A stretch of DNA of 64,000 nucleotides, taken from NCBI GenBank assembly GCA_963621665.1, contig CAVFEZ010000005.1, positions 6,005 through 70,004 of the forward strand, given 5' to 3'. The stretch comes from Akkermansia muciniphila. Lineage in GTDB: Bacteria; Bacteroidota; Bacteroidia; Bacteroidales; Bacteroidaceae. Of this stretch, positions 1 to 11,259 are shown one piece after another. The notes beneath the pieces are model-generated. The model saw only the letters and a list, made by a program, of their open reading frames with translations. It searched no databases and was not told the origin of the DNA. A program made the translations under genes and the position numbers. Positions within the stretch are counted from its first letter, which is position 1; each line of letters starts with the position of its first letter.

Positions 1-201
1 ATACAAACTTTCGAACACAACGGACGCCGCATCACCAATTTCGAGATGGAGAGTTCCGCCCTGGCCGGACTGTCCTGCCTTATGGGACACAAGGCCACCA
101 CAGCCTGTGTAGTCATCGCCAACCGTGTCGTCCAAAAGGCAAACACCGGATACAAGCACCAGATTGACGATCTGATAAAACTTGTTTTGGAAAGAATATA
201 G
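1..201 (+). CDS. Nucleoside (uridine-type) phosphorylase, 3' end, truncated by window edge
   Basis: Frame 1 reads IQTFEHNGRRITNFEMESSALAGL...VIANR...LVLERI* (TAG 199-201). NFEMES is the PNP/UDP phosphorylase motif. Confidence 0.8.
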   Translation: MQTFEHNGRRITNFEMESSALAGLSCLMGHKATTACVVIANRVVQKANTGYKHQIDDLIKLVLERI

Positions 202-231
202 GATTATTATTTAGACTCTTCCCTTAAACGA

Positions 232-1731
232 ATGAAAATATCACTCAGATACACCCTCCTCCTCTTCATACTCTGCGCATTCCAGATTATCCGCGCAGAC
301 AACAATCAAAAGCGCGAATTCAGAGGAGCCTGGATACAATGCGTTAACGGCCAATTCAGCGGAAAGACAACAGCAGACATACAACGGATGCTCATCTATC
401 AACTGAACGAGCTACAGCGGGACGGTGTGAATGCCATCATCTTTCAAGTTCGTCCAGAATGTGACGCTCTCTACCAAAGCGACAAGGAGCCATGGAGCCG
501 TTTTCTCACAGGACGCCAGGGACAGGCCCCAAGTCCATATTGGGACCCTTTACAATGGATGATAGACCAATGCCACCAAAGAGGCATGGAGTTGCACGCA
601 TGGATAAACCCTTACCGTGCAAAAACAAAAGGGACACAGGACCTTGCAACAAACCACATTGCCATCAAGCATCCTGAGCGGATATTCCCCTACGACGGAC
701 AATTCATTCTGAATCCCGGACTGCCGGAAAACAGGAAATACATCTGCGGCATCGTTGACGATATTGTGACACGCTACGATGTAGACGGAATACACATAGA
801 CGACTATTTCTACCCCTACCCCGTTGCCGGCCTCCCCATTCCTGACGACAATGCCTACGCCACATACAACAACGGCATCAGAAACAAAAACGACTGGCGG
901 CGAGACAACGTGAACGTATTTGTCAAAGAACTGGGCGAAACCATACACCACCGCAAGCCTTGGGTGAAATTTGGCGTATCACCGTTCGGCATTTACCGCA
1001 ACAAAAGCAACTCCCCTATTGGAAGCGACACGCGCGGCACACAAAATTACGATGACCTTTACGCAGACGTGCTGCTATGGGTAAACAACGGATGGGTGGA
1101 CTACTGCGTACCCCAGATTTACTGGCAAATCGGACACTCTACCGCTGACTACAAGACGCTCATAGAGTGGTGGAACAAATATGCATCCAAGCGTCCCCTG
1201 TATATTGGTGAAGACGTAGAACGAACCGTCAAATATGCAGACCCCGACGTTGCGAACCAAAACCAAATGCCAGCCAAATACCGGCTTCACGCCCAAATGC
1301 CTTACGTCAAAGGAACCGTTTTGTGGTATGCCAAGGCAGTTGTCGACAATATCGGCAATTATGGTTCAGTATTGCGCAACAATTATTGGAAAAATCCAGC
1401 GCTTCAACCACTGATGCCGTTCATCGACGGAAAAGCGCCACGAAAGCCCAGCAAACTGAAACCGCTGCGAATAGACGACGACTATGTACTCTTTTGGACA
1501 AAGCCCAAAGGAAACGGCTGGAAAGACGAGGCCGTCAAATACGCAGTATACAGATTTGCAAAAGGAGAGAAAGTAGACCTTGACGATGCCTCACACATCG
1601 TCACCGTCACACCGGAAACAATGCTGAAATTACCATACACCGACGGAACGAAAGAATATACCTATGTTGTCACCTCGCTCGACAGAATGAGCAATGAAAG
1701 CAAGGGTGTAAAAAAACGAGTTAAGTTATAA
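232..1731 (+). CDS. Glycoside hydrolase-like family 10 (YddW/YngK-type) protein
   Basis: Signal peptide; EFRGAWI, FQVRP, ELHAWINPYR, DGIHIDDYFY, GVSPFG motifs; C-terminal FN3-like domain. Confidence 0.88.
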   Translation: MKISLRYTLLLFILCAFQIIRADNNQKREFRGAWIQCVNGQFSGKTTADIQRMLIYQLNELQRDGVNAIIFQVRPECDALYQSDKEPWSRFLTGRQGQAPSPYWDPLQWMIDQCHQRGMELHAWINPYRAKTKGTQDLATNHIAIKHPERIFPYDGQFILNPGLPENRKYICGIVDDIVTRYDVDGIHIDDYFYPYPVAGLPIPDDNAYATYNNGIRNKNDWRRDNVNVFVKELGETIHHRKPWVKFGVSPFGIYRNKSNSPIGSDTRGTQNYDDLYADVLLWVNNGWVDYCVPQIYWQIGHSTADYKTLIEWWNKYASKRPLYIGEDVERTVKYADPDVANQNQMPAKYRLHAQMPYVKGTVLWYAKAVVDNIGNYGSVLRNNYWKNPALQPLMPFIDGKAPRKPSKLKPLRIDDDYVLFWTKPKGNGWKDEAVKYAVYRFAKGEKVDLDDASHIVTVTPETMLKLPYTDGTKEYTYVVTSLDRMSNESKGVKKRVKL

Positions 1732-1746
1732 CCCTGTTACTTCCAT

Positions 1747-1794
1747 AATGTGTGCAAGAAAGTCATCAAAAAAAGCTTTCTTGCACACATTTTC
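1747..1794 (+). terminator. Intrinsic terminator
   Basis: 16-bp inverted repeat AATGTGTGCAAGAAAG/CTTTCTTGCACACATT followed by Ts, just after the GHL10 stop. Confidence 0.75.
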
Positions 1795-1873
1795 ATCACG
1801 CACACGGTATTGCTCTCTTAAAAAACAATTTATAGAATCCACCTTCACACAAAACAAAAATATCTTGGTTTAT

Positions 1874-1905
1874 TTTGGGTAATTAAAATTAATGTCTTAT
1901 TTTTG
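1874..1905 (+). promoter_or_regulatory. Bacteroidota housekeeping promoter (-33 TTTG, -7 TAnnTTTG)
   Basis: TTTG at 1874-1877 and TATTTTTG at 1898-1905, upstream of the TetR gene. Confidence 0.7.
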
Positions 1906-1955
1906 CACAGAAAGAATATGATGTGCAACCCAACTGAAGGAGAGAGAAGAACAAT

Positions 1956-2549
1956 ATGTCCATATCAAAAACACGACAAAAACTCGTAGATGTCGCACGG
2001 CAACTGTTCGCCAAAAACGGCATTGCCAACACTACGATGAATGATATCGCCCTTGCATCCGGAAAAGGCAGGAGAACATTGTACACCTATTTCAGTCGCA
2101 AGGAAGACGTATATTCTGCCGTCATCGAGTCCGAACTTGAACGATTGTCAGACAAACTCGATGAAGTCGCAGCAATGAAGATACGTCCACAAGACAAAAT
2201 CATAGAACTCATCTACACCCACCTCAGCATGATACGCGAGACAGTCGTAAGAAACGGCAATCTACGCGCAGAATTCTTCAGAAACATTTGGATGGTAGAG
2301 AAAGTCCGGAAAAATTTCGATGAAGACGAAATCGAATTGTTCCGCAAAGTATATGCTGACGGAAAAGCCGATGGAGAGTTCGACATTGAAGACGTAGATC
2401 TTGTGGCTGACATTACCCACTACTGTATAAAAGGTCTCGAAGTGCCCTTCATCTACGGACGGCTCGGGCACGGCATGACAGAAGAAGCAAGTAAGCCGCT
2501 TGTTGCCAAGGTTGTCTATGGCGCACTGGGAAAATCCGGAACAAAATAG
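1956..2549 (+). CDS. TetR/AcrR family transcriptional regulator
   Basis: N-terminal HTH: ARQLFAKNG...TTMNDIA...GRRTLYTYF. Confidence 0.92.
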   Translation: MSISKTRQKLVDVARQLFAKNGIANTTMNDIALASGKGRRTLYTYFSRKEDVYSAVIESELERLSDKLDEVAAMKIRPQDKIIELIYTHLSMIRETVVRNGNLRAEFFRNIWMVEKVRKNFDEDEIELFRKVYADGKADGEFDIEDVDLVADITHYCIKGLEVPFIYGRLGHGMTEEASKPLVAKVVYGALGKSGTK

Positions 2550-2609
2550 AAGAGACGGATGTTTCCGGCAGAGAATCAAACAATAGAACCAACAAATAAT
2601 AAGAAAAAA

Positions 2610-3356
2610 ATGGGATTACTTACAGGTAAGACTGCCCTTATCACAGGTGCAGCGCGCGGTATCGGAAAATCTATCGCGCTGAAGTTTGCACAGGAAGGTG
2701 CAAACATCGCATTCACCGACCTTGTGATCGATGAGAACGGAAAAGCGACAGAAGATGAAATCAAGGCCCTTGGCGTCAACGCAAAGGGATATGCAAGCAA
2801 TGCCGCAGACTTCAGTGCGACAGAGGAAGTTGTCAAGAAAGTACATGAAGACTTCGGCTCTATCGATATTCTTGTCAACAACGCAGGTATCACAAAAGAC
2901 GGTCTTATGCTCCGTATGACCGAAGGCCAATGGGATGCCGTCATTGCCGTCAATCTGAAGAGTGCGTTCAACTTTATCCATGCCTGCATACCCGTCATGA
3001 TGCGCCAGCGCAAGGGTTCCATCATCAACATGGCTTCAGTCGTAGGTGTACACGGAAATGCAGGCCAGGCCAACTATGCAGCCTCCAAGGCTGGCCTTAT
3101 TGCTTTGGCCAAGAGCATCGGCCAGGAGATGGGTCCCAAGGGTATTCGCGCCAATGCGATTGCCCCCGGCTTCATCGATACAGACATGACCAAGGGTCTG
3201 CCCGAAGACATCCGCAAGGACTGGATGAAAAAAATTCCTTTGCGCCGAGGCGGAAATGTGGAAGACATCGCCAATTGCGCCCTCTTCCTTGCATCCGACA
3301 TGTCAAGTTATGTGAGCGGACAAGTCATCCAGGTTGACGGCGGCATGAATATGTAA
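2610..3356 (+). CDS. fabG: 3-oxoacyl-ACP reductase
   Basis: TGAARGIG, NNAGITKDGL, catalytic YAASK, VDGGM. ATG at 2610 follows an A-rich leader. Confidence 0.93.
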   Translation: MGLLTGKTALITGAARGIGKSIALKFAQEGANIAFTDLVIDENGKATEDEIKALGVNAKGYASNAADFSATEEVVKKVHEDFGSIDILVNNAGITKDGLMLRMTEGQWDAVIAVNLKSAFNFIHACIPVMMRQRKGSIINMASVVGVHGNAGQANYAASKAGLIALAKSIGQEMGPKGIRANAIAPGFIDTDMTKGLPEDIRKDWMKKIPLRRGGNVEDIANCALFLASDMSSYVSGQVIQVDGGMNM

Positions 3357-3482
3357 TGCGCCACAATCCCTTCCTACAGAGAAAGTGACAGACGGAGCCC
3401 CTGACTCCACCTGCCATTTTCTCTTCTTCTATTTATCTACACACGCACACCCCATCGCCCCGATTCCCCAATAAACACGTTC

Positions 3483-4160
3483 ATGGACATCGTATACGAA
3501 GACAACCATATCATTGTTGTCAACAAACACAGTGGAGAAATCGTACAAGGAGACAAGACTGGCGACAAACCGCTGGTAGAAACCGTGAAAGAATACCTAA
3601 AAGAGAAATACGCCAAGCCCGGCAATGTATTTCTCGGCATACCGCATCGACTTGACAGACCTGTCAGCGGACTGGTGATTTTTGCCAAAACGTCTAAAGC
3701 ATTGTCACGTCTGAGCACCATGTTCCGCGACGGTGAAGTACACAAAACTTATTGGGCCATCACCAAAAACACGCCAGTACCATCTGAGGGAACACTCACC
3801 AATTGGCTGACAAGAAACGAAAAGCAGAACAAGAGTTACGCATACGACCATGAAGTGCCAAACGCCAAGAAAGCCATATTGAAATACAAGACACTGACAC
3901 GGTCACAGAACTATTCTTTGATAGAGATCAACCTGCTTACCGGCAGACACCACCAAATAAGATGCCAGTTGGGACATATCGGTTGTCCCATCAAAGGCGA
4001 CCTCAAATACGGTGCGCAGCGCAGCAATGCAGACGGCAGCATCTCACTATTGTCACGCTATGTAGATTTCATACATCCAGTATCCAAAGAACATATTTCC
4101 CTCACTTCCCCCCTACCGGAAGACAATCTCTGGAAGGCCGTTGCCGCCGGAATGTCCTAA
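3483..4160 (+). CDS. RluA/RluD family pseudouridine synthase
   Basis: HRLDRPVSG catalytic motif, TGRHHQIR, GDLKYG. Confidence 0.92.
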   Translation: MDIVYEDNHIIVVNKHSGEIVQGDKTGDKPLVETVKEYLKEKYAKPGNVFLGIPHRLDRPVSGLVIFAKTSKALSRLSTMFRDGEVHKTYWAITKNTPVPSEGTLTNWLTRNEKQNKSYAYDHEVPNAKKAILKYKTLTRSQNYSLIEINLLTGRHHQIRCQLGHIGCPIKGDLKYGAQRSNADGSISLLSRYVDFIHPVSKEHISLTSPLPEDNLWKAVAAGMS

Positions 4161-4188
4161 AGAACTAGCACACAAACAGACCGATAGC

Positions 4189-7100
4189 ATGATGACGAAA
4201 AAGCAAAAGACAATATCCTGGGCGGTTGGCCTTCTATTGTCACCCATTGCCCTGTTTCTTGTTTTGGCCATTCTCCTCTACATACCACCCATACAAAATT
4301 GGGCGGTACACAAAGTAGCGGCATATGCAAGCAAGAATACCGGATACAACGTCAGCATCGACTATGTACGGTTGGCCTTTCCTCTAGACCTGAGCGTCAA
4401 CGGACTGGCCATGACCCAGTCATCTCCAAAAAGCGGAAGTGCAGACACCATAACCTACGCCAAACAATTGTTTGTGAGTGTAGAACTGTTGCCTTTATTG
4501 CAAAGCAAGGTAGAAATAGACAAACTTGACTTTCAAGACATACACCTCAACACGGCCGATTTCATCAAAAGTGCACGCATAAAAGGAAGTGTAGGGCGTC
4601 TCTTTCTGCAAAGCCACGGAATAGACCTAAGAAACGAGCATCTCACCCTGAACAAGGCCTTGCTTTCCGAGGCAGACATTGACATTGCCTTAAGCGACAC
4701 CGTCCCGGAAGACACCACAAAAACACCTACCTATTGGCAGATTGAAGTACACCGACTGGATATTTCCCAAAGCCGCGCCCTACTCCACATGCCCGGCGAC
4801 ACACTGAACGTGGAAGCCTCCATGGGAAAACTCGGTGTCGAGGGCGGACTGCTCGACCTCGGGAAAAACGACTACACCCTCCGCACACTGACATGGAAAG
4901 ACGGCGGCATAAAATACGACAACAGATTTGAGAACGCAGTCAAAGGTCTTGACTACAACCATATCTGCCTTACCTCACTTGATACACGTATTGACTCGGT
5001 GCGATACGCCGGCGGTCAGTTACAGTTGGCCGTCAAGAATTGCAAATTCCAGGAAAAATCCGGTTTCTGCGTACAAACCCTGCAAACAAAAGTAAGCCTT
5101 GACTCCGTCCACATCGACATACCACAATTTCTCGTCAAAACATCCGAATCCCAGATACGGGCTGAGGTCGCAATGGATTTCAACACATTCGCATCCGAGA
5201 ATCCAGGAAAGATGTCCGTCAATATAGACGGATGGGTCGGCAAACAGGACATTGCGCGGGCGATCACCGACAAGAATTTTATCAGCCATTGGCCCAACTA
5301 TCCACTTTCCGTCAAAGCCCTCATAAGGGGCAACATGAAACGCGCCCATATTGTAGGTTTTCAGATAAAACTGCCAACAGCTTTCGATTTCTCTGCAAAA
5401 GGGTTTGTTGCGAATGCAGACAAAATGGAAAGGTTGCGCGCTGATATCGACTTCAAAGGTGACACCTACAACATGCGATTTCTATCAGCCATGCTACCCA
5501 AAGAAATTGCATCTACAGTCAGCATACCCAATCGCATTTCTCTCAATGGAGAAGTCCACGCCGACGGCCCCGCATACTCAGTAGCCGCAAATGCCAGAGA
5601 AGGAAACGGTACACTGACGGCAAAAGGCAATATTGACACAAAAAGCATGAAATACAAGGCGAAGATTGTTGCCCGGAACGTACAACTCCAGCACTTTCTG
5701 CCCAACTACGGACTGTCACCTTTCTCCGGAACTATTGAAGTCGACGGATGCGGGACAGACCTGTTGTCGCCATCCACAAGGCTGAATGCGAATGCCAATA
5801 TTTCCGGTTTCAACTACTCCAACTACACATTGGGCGGAACGAAACTGTCTGCAAACGTAAAGAACGGTATCGGTCACTGCAAGCTCGACAGTCACAACGC
5901 TCTGCTTGACGGTCTGATAGAAATCAATGCGCTCATAAGCAAGAGACAACTTAAGGGCACACTATCCTGCGACCTGCAAAAAGCAGACCTGTATGGTCTT
6001 CATGTCACCAAGAAACCATTGACCGTATCTCTCCGTTCTCATATCGACATAGCAAGCAATCTCAACAATGACCACGCGGTAAAAGGACAAATAAGCGACA
6101 TCTACCTGAAAGACAGTTGCCGTACATTTCATCCGGAAAATATCCGTCTGAACGCATTTACGCGCAAGGATTCTACACATGCTACCATTGAAAGCGGAGA
6201 TTTCTCGATGCGGATGGATGCCCACGGATACTATGAGCAACTGCTGACGGCATGCGAGCGACTCAGCAAAGAAGCACTCAAGCAGAAAGAAGACCGCTAC
6301 ATCAACCAGCAGCGTCTGCGCGCCATCCTCCCCTACGTATCACTTGATGTGAATACGGGAAAAGAGAATATGATTTGCCGTGCCCTCAACTATTGGGGAT
6401 ACGAGATAGAACGTGCAAAAATACAAATGGAGACATCGCCCGTCAAAGGCATCAATGGCGGTATGGAAGTCAACGCGCTAAGCACATCGGGAATAAAACT
6501 GGACACGCTCCGATTTGCAGTACGCTCCGATTCCACCAATACGTTCTTCTCTGGACAGATACGCAACAACAAGAAAAACCCGCAATATGTATTCAATGCC
6601 ATGTTCGGAGGTACATTCTACGAACGCGGCATATATTTCGGGACCCGCGTTTTCGACGACAAAGACAAGCTCGGTATTGCCCTCGGACTCAGTGCATCGA
6701 TGGTGGAAAATGGCATACAATTGTCTTTGGGCAAGAAAAATCCGATATTGGGCTACAAGGAATTCAGTGTCAATGAAGACAACTACATCCTTCTGCAGCG
6801 CGACAATCACCTTTCTGCCAATCTCAGCCTTTTGGCCAATGACGGAATGGGCGTACAGGTCTATACCAATGACAGTACCGATGCCCTGCAAGACCTGACC
6901 ATCGGCCTACACCGCTTCGACTTGGCGAAGGTTCTGTCCGTCATCCCTTATACGCCACAGATGGCGGGCGAGATGTCCGGTGATTTCCACGTCATACAGA
7001 CAACCGAGGAATTGTCAGTATCGTCATCCGTGGCCATTGACGACCTCGTCTACGAACATTGTCCGATGGGCAACGTGTCAACAGAGTTTGTATATATGCC

Positions 7101-8802
7101 CAAAGAGAACGGCACACACTACGTCGACGGCAATCTGGCCTGCAACGGGTACGAGGTCGGTGCCCTTAAAGGCACATACGACCCAGCGGGGAAAGGACAC
7201 CTCAGTGCAGACCTTACCCTCACCCATACTCCCTTGTTGCTACTCAACGGTTTTATCCCCGACAGGCTTTTCGGTTTCAAAGGCTATGCAGAGGGAACAT
7301 TGTCTGTAGAAGGTGCTTTGGACAAACCCAACGTCAACGGTGAACTTTATCTTGACTCCGCCTATATCGCAAGCGAACCGTATGGTGTCGAGATGCGTTT
7401 TGCTGACGACCCCGTGATCATATCCAACAGTCACCTCGTTTTTGAGAACTTCGAGATATACTCCCACAACGAGAGTCCGCTGAACGTTTCCGGGTACTTC
7501 GACTTCTCCGACATGGACAACATGTACCTTGATACCAAAATGAGAGCCACCAACTATCTGCTGATAGATTCCAAGGAAAACAACCGGTCGGAAACCTACG
7601 GCAAAGCCTATGTCAATTTCTTCGGTATGATGAGAGGACCCGTTTCCGCACTGAAAATGAGAGGAAAATTAGACGTGCTCGGCTCTACCGACATGACATA
7701 CATTCTGAGAGACTCACCTCTGACAACAGACAACCAATTGGACGAACTGGTAAAGTTTGTCGATTTCAAAGACGCAAAAGAGCAGGTTGTGACCCGCCCA
7801 CCCCTCACCGGCTTTGACATGGACCTCACTGTCGAGATAGACGAAGGTGCCCATATATTGTGTGCGCTCAACACCGACCACTCCAACTACATTGACCTCA
7901 TCGGCGGCGGAAGTCTGCGTATGCAGTACAATACGACAGACAACATACTGATCCGGGGCAGATACACCTTGAGCAACGGAGAGATGAAGTATTCGCTGCC
8001 AGTCATTCCGCTCAAAACCTTTACGATACAAGATGGAAGTTACGTCGAATTCAACGGTGACCCGATGAACCCGACACTGAACATCACAGCCATAGAACAA
8101 AACAAAGCCAATGTATCGACCGGCGGCACCGAAAAAACCGTACTTTTCGAGTGCGGAGTGGCCATCACGCAGACACTCAACGATATGGGGTTGCAATTCA
8201 TCATCGATGCCCCCGAAGACATGTCCATACACAACGAATTACAGACCATGTCGAAAGAAAACCGCGGAAAAATAGCCGTCAGCATGCTTACCACCGGAAT
8301 GTACCTTGCAAGCGGCAATACCAGTTCGTTCTCCATGAACAGCGCATTGTCGGCATTCCTCAACAGCCAGATCAATGCCATTTCCGGCAACGCCCTCCGT
8401 ACTCTGGACCTGAGTTTCGGTATGGAAAACAGTACGACCGGCAGCGGACAGACACATACCGACTACTCCTTCAAATTCGCCAAGCGCTTTTGGAACAACC
8501 GCCTACGCATCGTCATTGGCGGAAAAGTTTCGTCAGGCGCCGATGTACAAAATCAAAACGATACGTTCTTCGACAACGTGACCTTCGAGTACCGACTAAG
8601 CCAAAATTCCAACAAATACCTCAAACTGTTCTACGAGCGCGACAGTTACGACTGGCTGGAGGGCAATGTACAGGAATATGGCGGCGGTTTCATTTGGAGA
8701 CGCAAACTTCAGAGTCTCAAGGATATATTCCGTTTCAAGTCAGCCAAGGAAGAAACCATCCCAGCCACAAATAAAAACGATTCTACAAAGACCACGAAAT
8801 AA
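4189..8802 (+). CDS. tamB: Translocation and assembly module TamB (AsmA-like)
   Basis: N-terminal TM anchor, long beta-rich body, C-terminal DUF490-like region (GDPMNPTLNITA). Stop overlaps the start of an Omp85 gene (TAATG). Confidence 0.85.
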   Translation: MMTKKQKTISWAVGLLLSPIALFLVLAILLYIPPIQNWAVHKVAAYASKNTGYNVSIDYVRLAFPLDLSVNGLAMTQSSPKSGSADTITYAKQLFVSVELLPLLQSKVEIDKLDFQDIHLNTADFIKSARIKGSVGRLFLQSHGIDLRNEHLTLNKALLSEADIDIALSDTVPEDTTKTPTYWQIEVHRLDISQSRALLHMPGDTLNVEASMGKLGVEGGLLDLGKNDYTLRTLTWKDGGIKYDNRFENAVKGLDYNHICLTSLDTRIDSVRYAGGQLQLAVKNCKFQEKSGFCVQTLQTKVSLDSVHIDIPQFLVKTSESQIRAEVAMDFNTFASENPGKMSVNIDGWVGKQDIARAITDKNFISHWPNYPLSVKALIRGNMKRAHIVGFQIKLPTAFDFSAKGFVANADKMERLRADIDFKGDTYNMRFLSAMLPKEIASTVSIPNRISLNGEVHADGPAYSVAANAREGNGTLTAKGNIDTKSMKYKAKIVARNVQLQHFLPNYGLSPFSGTIEVDGCGTDLLSPSTRLNANANISGFNYSNYTLGGTKLSANVKNGIGHCKLDSHNALLDGLIEINALISKRQLKGTLSCDLQKADLYGLHVTKKPLTVSLRSHIDIASNLNNDHAVKGQISDIYLKDSCRTFHPENIRLNAFTRKDSTHATIESGDFSMRMDAHGYYEQLLTACERLSKEALKQKEDRYINQQRLRAILPYVSLDVNTGKENMICRALNYWGYEIERAKIQMETSPVKGINGGMEVNALSTSGIKLDTLRFAVRSDSTNTFFSGQIRNNKKNPQYVFNAMFGGTFYERGIYFGTRVFDDKDKLGIALGLSASMVENGIQLSLGKKNPILGYKEFSVNEDNYILLQRDNHLSANLSLLANDGMGVQVYTNDSTDALQDLTIGLHRFDLAKVLSVIPYTPQMAGEMSGDFHVIQTTEELSVSSSVAIDDLVYEHCPMGNVSTEFVYMPKENGTHYVDGNLACNGYEVGALKGTYDPAGKGHLSADLTLTHTPLLLLNGFIPDRLFGFKGYAEGTLSVEGALDKPNVNGELYLDSAYIASEPYGVEMRFADDPVIISNSHLVFENFEIYSHNESPLNVSGYFDFSDMDNMYLDTKMRATNYLLIDSKENNRSETYGKAYVNFFGMMRGPVSALKMRGKLDVLGSTDMTYILRDSPLTTDNQLDELVKFVDFKDAKEQVVTRPPLTGFDMDLTVEIDEGAHILCALNTDHSNYIDLIGGGSLRMQYNTTDNILIRGRYTLSNGEMKYSLPVIPLKTFTIQDGSYVEFNGDPMNPTLNITAIEQNKANVSTGGTEKTVLFECGVAITQTLNDMGLQFIIDAPEDMSIHNELQTMSKENRGKIAVSMLTTGMYLASGNTSSFSMNSALSAFLNSQINAISGNALRTLDLSFGMENSTTGSGQTHTDYSFKFAKRFWNNRLRIVIGGKVSSGADVQNQNDTFFDNVTFEYRLSQNSNKYLKLFYERDSYDWLEGNVQEYGGGFIWRRKLQSLKDIFRFKSAKEETIPATNKNDSTKTTK

Positions 8803-11111
8803 TGATGAAGAAGATACATCCATCCGCATATATCACCGCCCTCCTGATTGCAGTAGCGACATGCTTCACCGCATGTTCATCAACAAGCGGCGTTCCAGAC
8901 GATGACCAACTCTTCATCGGTCTGAAAAAAATTGCATACAACAACTACGAAAAGAACGATCATTTCATTTCGATACAAGAAGAAGTGGAAGCCGCTCTTG
9001 CTACCACCCCCAACGGTGCGCTCTTCGGCAGTTCCTATTACCGTACTCCGTTTCCCTACCGTCTCTGGATATGGAACGCCTTCAACAAGTCTGAATCGCC
9101 TCTCGGGAAATGGATAACAAAGTCGTTCGGAAAACGTCCGGTGCTCATGAGCTGGGTCAACCCGACCCTTCGCGCACAAGTTGCCCAGCAGATGCTGCGC
9201 GCACACGGATACTTCGGGGCAAACGTATCTTATGAAATCGTCGGACAAAAAAATCCCAAGGAAGCCAAAATCGCCTACGATGTCAACTTAGGGCATCTGT
9301 ATACCATCGATTCCCTTTCATACAGGAACTATTCGCCGGAAGCAATGTCCTTGATAGAAACAGATTCGGCCAATGCGGCCATACACAATGGCGACCCGTT
9401 TGATGTGTCTACCCTGGACGCAGAACGCAACCGTATAAGCACACTGCTGCGCAATCACGGCTACTTCTACTATCAGTCCGGTTACGCCACCTATTTGGCA
9501 GACACCATCTCTGCACCAGGGAAAGCCTTGCTACACTTTCAGCTGGCAGACAGTCTTTCGCCAAAGATTCTAAGACCCTGGTATATCGGGAAAACAGAGA
9601 TACAACTGCGCAAGAAGTTCACCGACGAACTGACCGACTCCATCCGACGACGCAGTCTCACCGTGAAATATCAAGGGAAAAAGTCACCTATACGTCCGCG
9701 TGTCATACTGCGCGATATGAAAATCCGTCCCCGACAACTGTACAGTTATGAGAACCACATGGAAACGGTGAACAAGCTCACTTCCACAGGACTGTTCAGC
9801 ATGGTAGACCTCAATTTCACCCCGCGCGACACATCTGCCCTCTGCGACACGCTCGACCTTACGCTCAACTGCATCTTCGACAAACCGTATGACATCTATG
9901 TAGAAACCAGTCTGGTAGGAAAATCTTCAGGTCGGCTCGGTCCTGGATTGACCGTCGGTTTCGTCAAGAGAAACGCTTTCCGAGGAGGTGAAAAGTTGGA
10001 AATCAATCTCAAGGGTTCATACGAATGGCAAACTGGCCACCGTGCAGACGGCACAAGCTCCAAAATCAACTCATACGAATATGGAGCAGATGCCTCTTTG
10101 GAACTTCCCCGGCTACTCTTGCCCTTCTTCCGCCATACCCGATGGTATACCACTCCGTCTACCGTCATCAAGGTTTCATCCGATGTCATCAACCGCTCAC
10201 AATTCTTCAAGCGACACATCGTATCCGGAGAACTCACCTACAAATTCCAGCCGACCGCAACATCCGTCCATCAATACAGTCCGCTTATTCTGCAATATGA
10301 ATACATGCAAAAGAAGACGGAAGCATTCAACGAGGTACTACAGGAAAATCCCTATCTGCTCATGTCCATGGCCGACCAGTTTGTGCCAAAAATGACCTAC
10401 ACATACACCTACTCCAGCCCCTCCAACTACCAAAACCCGATTTATTGGCAGACGTCAGTCAGCGAGGCATCCAACATATTGTCACTCGGTTACATGGCTG
10501 CCGGAAAAAAATGGGGGACAAAAGGCAAGCAAATGTTCAAAAACCCCTATGCACAGTTCGTAAAAATAGAAAGCGATCTGAGAAAAACATGGAAGATAGC
10601 AAGCCACAGCCAGCTCGTAGGACATGTCAGCGCAGGCGTGATTTGGGCATACGGCAACTCCACCGATGCGCCCTACAGTGAGCAGTTCTATATCGGCGGA
10701 GCCAACAGCATCCGCGCCTTCAACATCAGAAGCGTCGGTCCAGGTGCCTACTATACCAGCAACAACAAGTCTTCATACATGGACCAGACTGGCGACATCA
10801 AGTTGCAGCTCAACCTGGAATACCGCCCACGTATATTCGGCAACCTTTATGGGGCACTCTTCCTCGATGCTGGAAATGTATGGGCCATGCATGACGACGG
10901 ATACCGTGCCAACTCCAAACTGCAACTGAAAAATCTGCTCAAAGAGACCGCTCTCGGAACAGGTGTCGGCATACGCTACGACCTTGAATTTTTCGTTCTC
11001 AGACTGGACTGGGGTATCGGCCTGCACCTTCCCTACAAAAGCGGATTCTACAACTTCTCGTCTTTCAAAGACAGTCAAAGCCTACATTTCGCCATTGGAT
11101 ATCCATTCTAA
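8802..11111 (+). CDS. Omp85/TamA-family outer-membrane lipoprotein (TamL-type)
   Basis: Lipobox FTAC, POTRA-like segments, IGGANSIRAF, FLDAGNVW, C-terminal AIGYPF. Confidence 0.87.
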   Translation: MMKKIHPSAYITALLIAVATCFTACSSTSGVPDDDQLFIGLKKIAYNNYEKNDHFISIQEEVEAALATTPNGALFGSSYYRTPFPYRLWIWNAFNKSESPLGKWITKSFGKRPVLMSWVNPTLRAQVAQQMLRAHGYFGANVSYEIVGQKNPKEAKIAYDVNLGHLYTIDSLSYRNYSPEAMSLIETDSANAAIHNGDPFDVSTLDAERNRISTLLRNHGYFYYQSGYATYLADTISAPGKALLHFQLADSLSPKILRPWYIGKTEIQLRKKFTDELTDSIRRRSLTVKYQGKKSPIRPRVILRDMKIRPRQLYSYENHMETVNKLTSTGLFSMVDLNFTPRDTSALCDTLDLTLNCIFDKPYDIYVETSLVGKSSGRLGPGLTVGFVKRNAFRGGEKLEINLKGSYEWQTGHRADGTSSKINSYEYGADASLELPRLLLPFFRHTRWYTTPSTVIKVSSDVINRSQFFKRHIVSGELTYKFQPTATSVHQYSPLILQYEYMQKKTEAFNEVLQENPYLLMSMADQFVPKMTYTYTYSSPSNYQNPIYWQTSVSEASNILSLGYMAAGKKWGTKGKQMFKNPYAQFVKIESDLRKTWKIASHSQLVGHVSAGVIWAYGNSTDAPYSEQFYIGGANSIRAFNIRSVGPGAYYTSNNKSSYMDQTGDIKLQLNLEYRPRIFGNLYGALFLDAGNVWAMHDDGYRANSKLQLKNLLKETALGTGVGIRYDLEFFVLRLDWGIGLHLPYKSGFYNFSSFKDSQSLHFAIGYPF

Positions 11112-11228
11112 TGGCAAGAAGCGTACAGACACATCGATGATGCAGACGTTTTCGTATTAAAATATATCAAAATCAGCCAAGATATGTAAAAATACATTGA
11201 ATGGGAAACCTGCACTTATTTCTTTTCG

Positions 11229-11236
11229 TAATTTTG
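11229..11236 (+). promoter_or_regulatory. -7 promoter element
   Basis: TAATTTTG about 24 nt upstream of the ATG at 11260. Confidence 0.6.
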
Positions 11237-11259
11237 CACAAAATATAAATCTTTTAGGT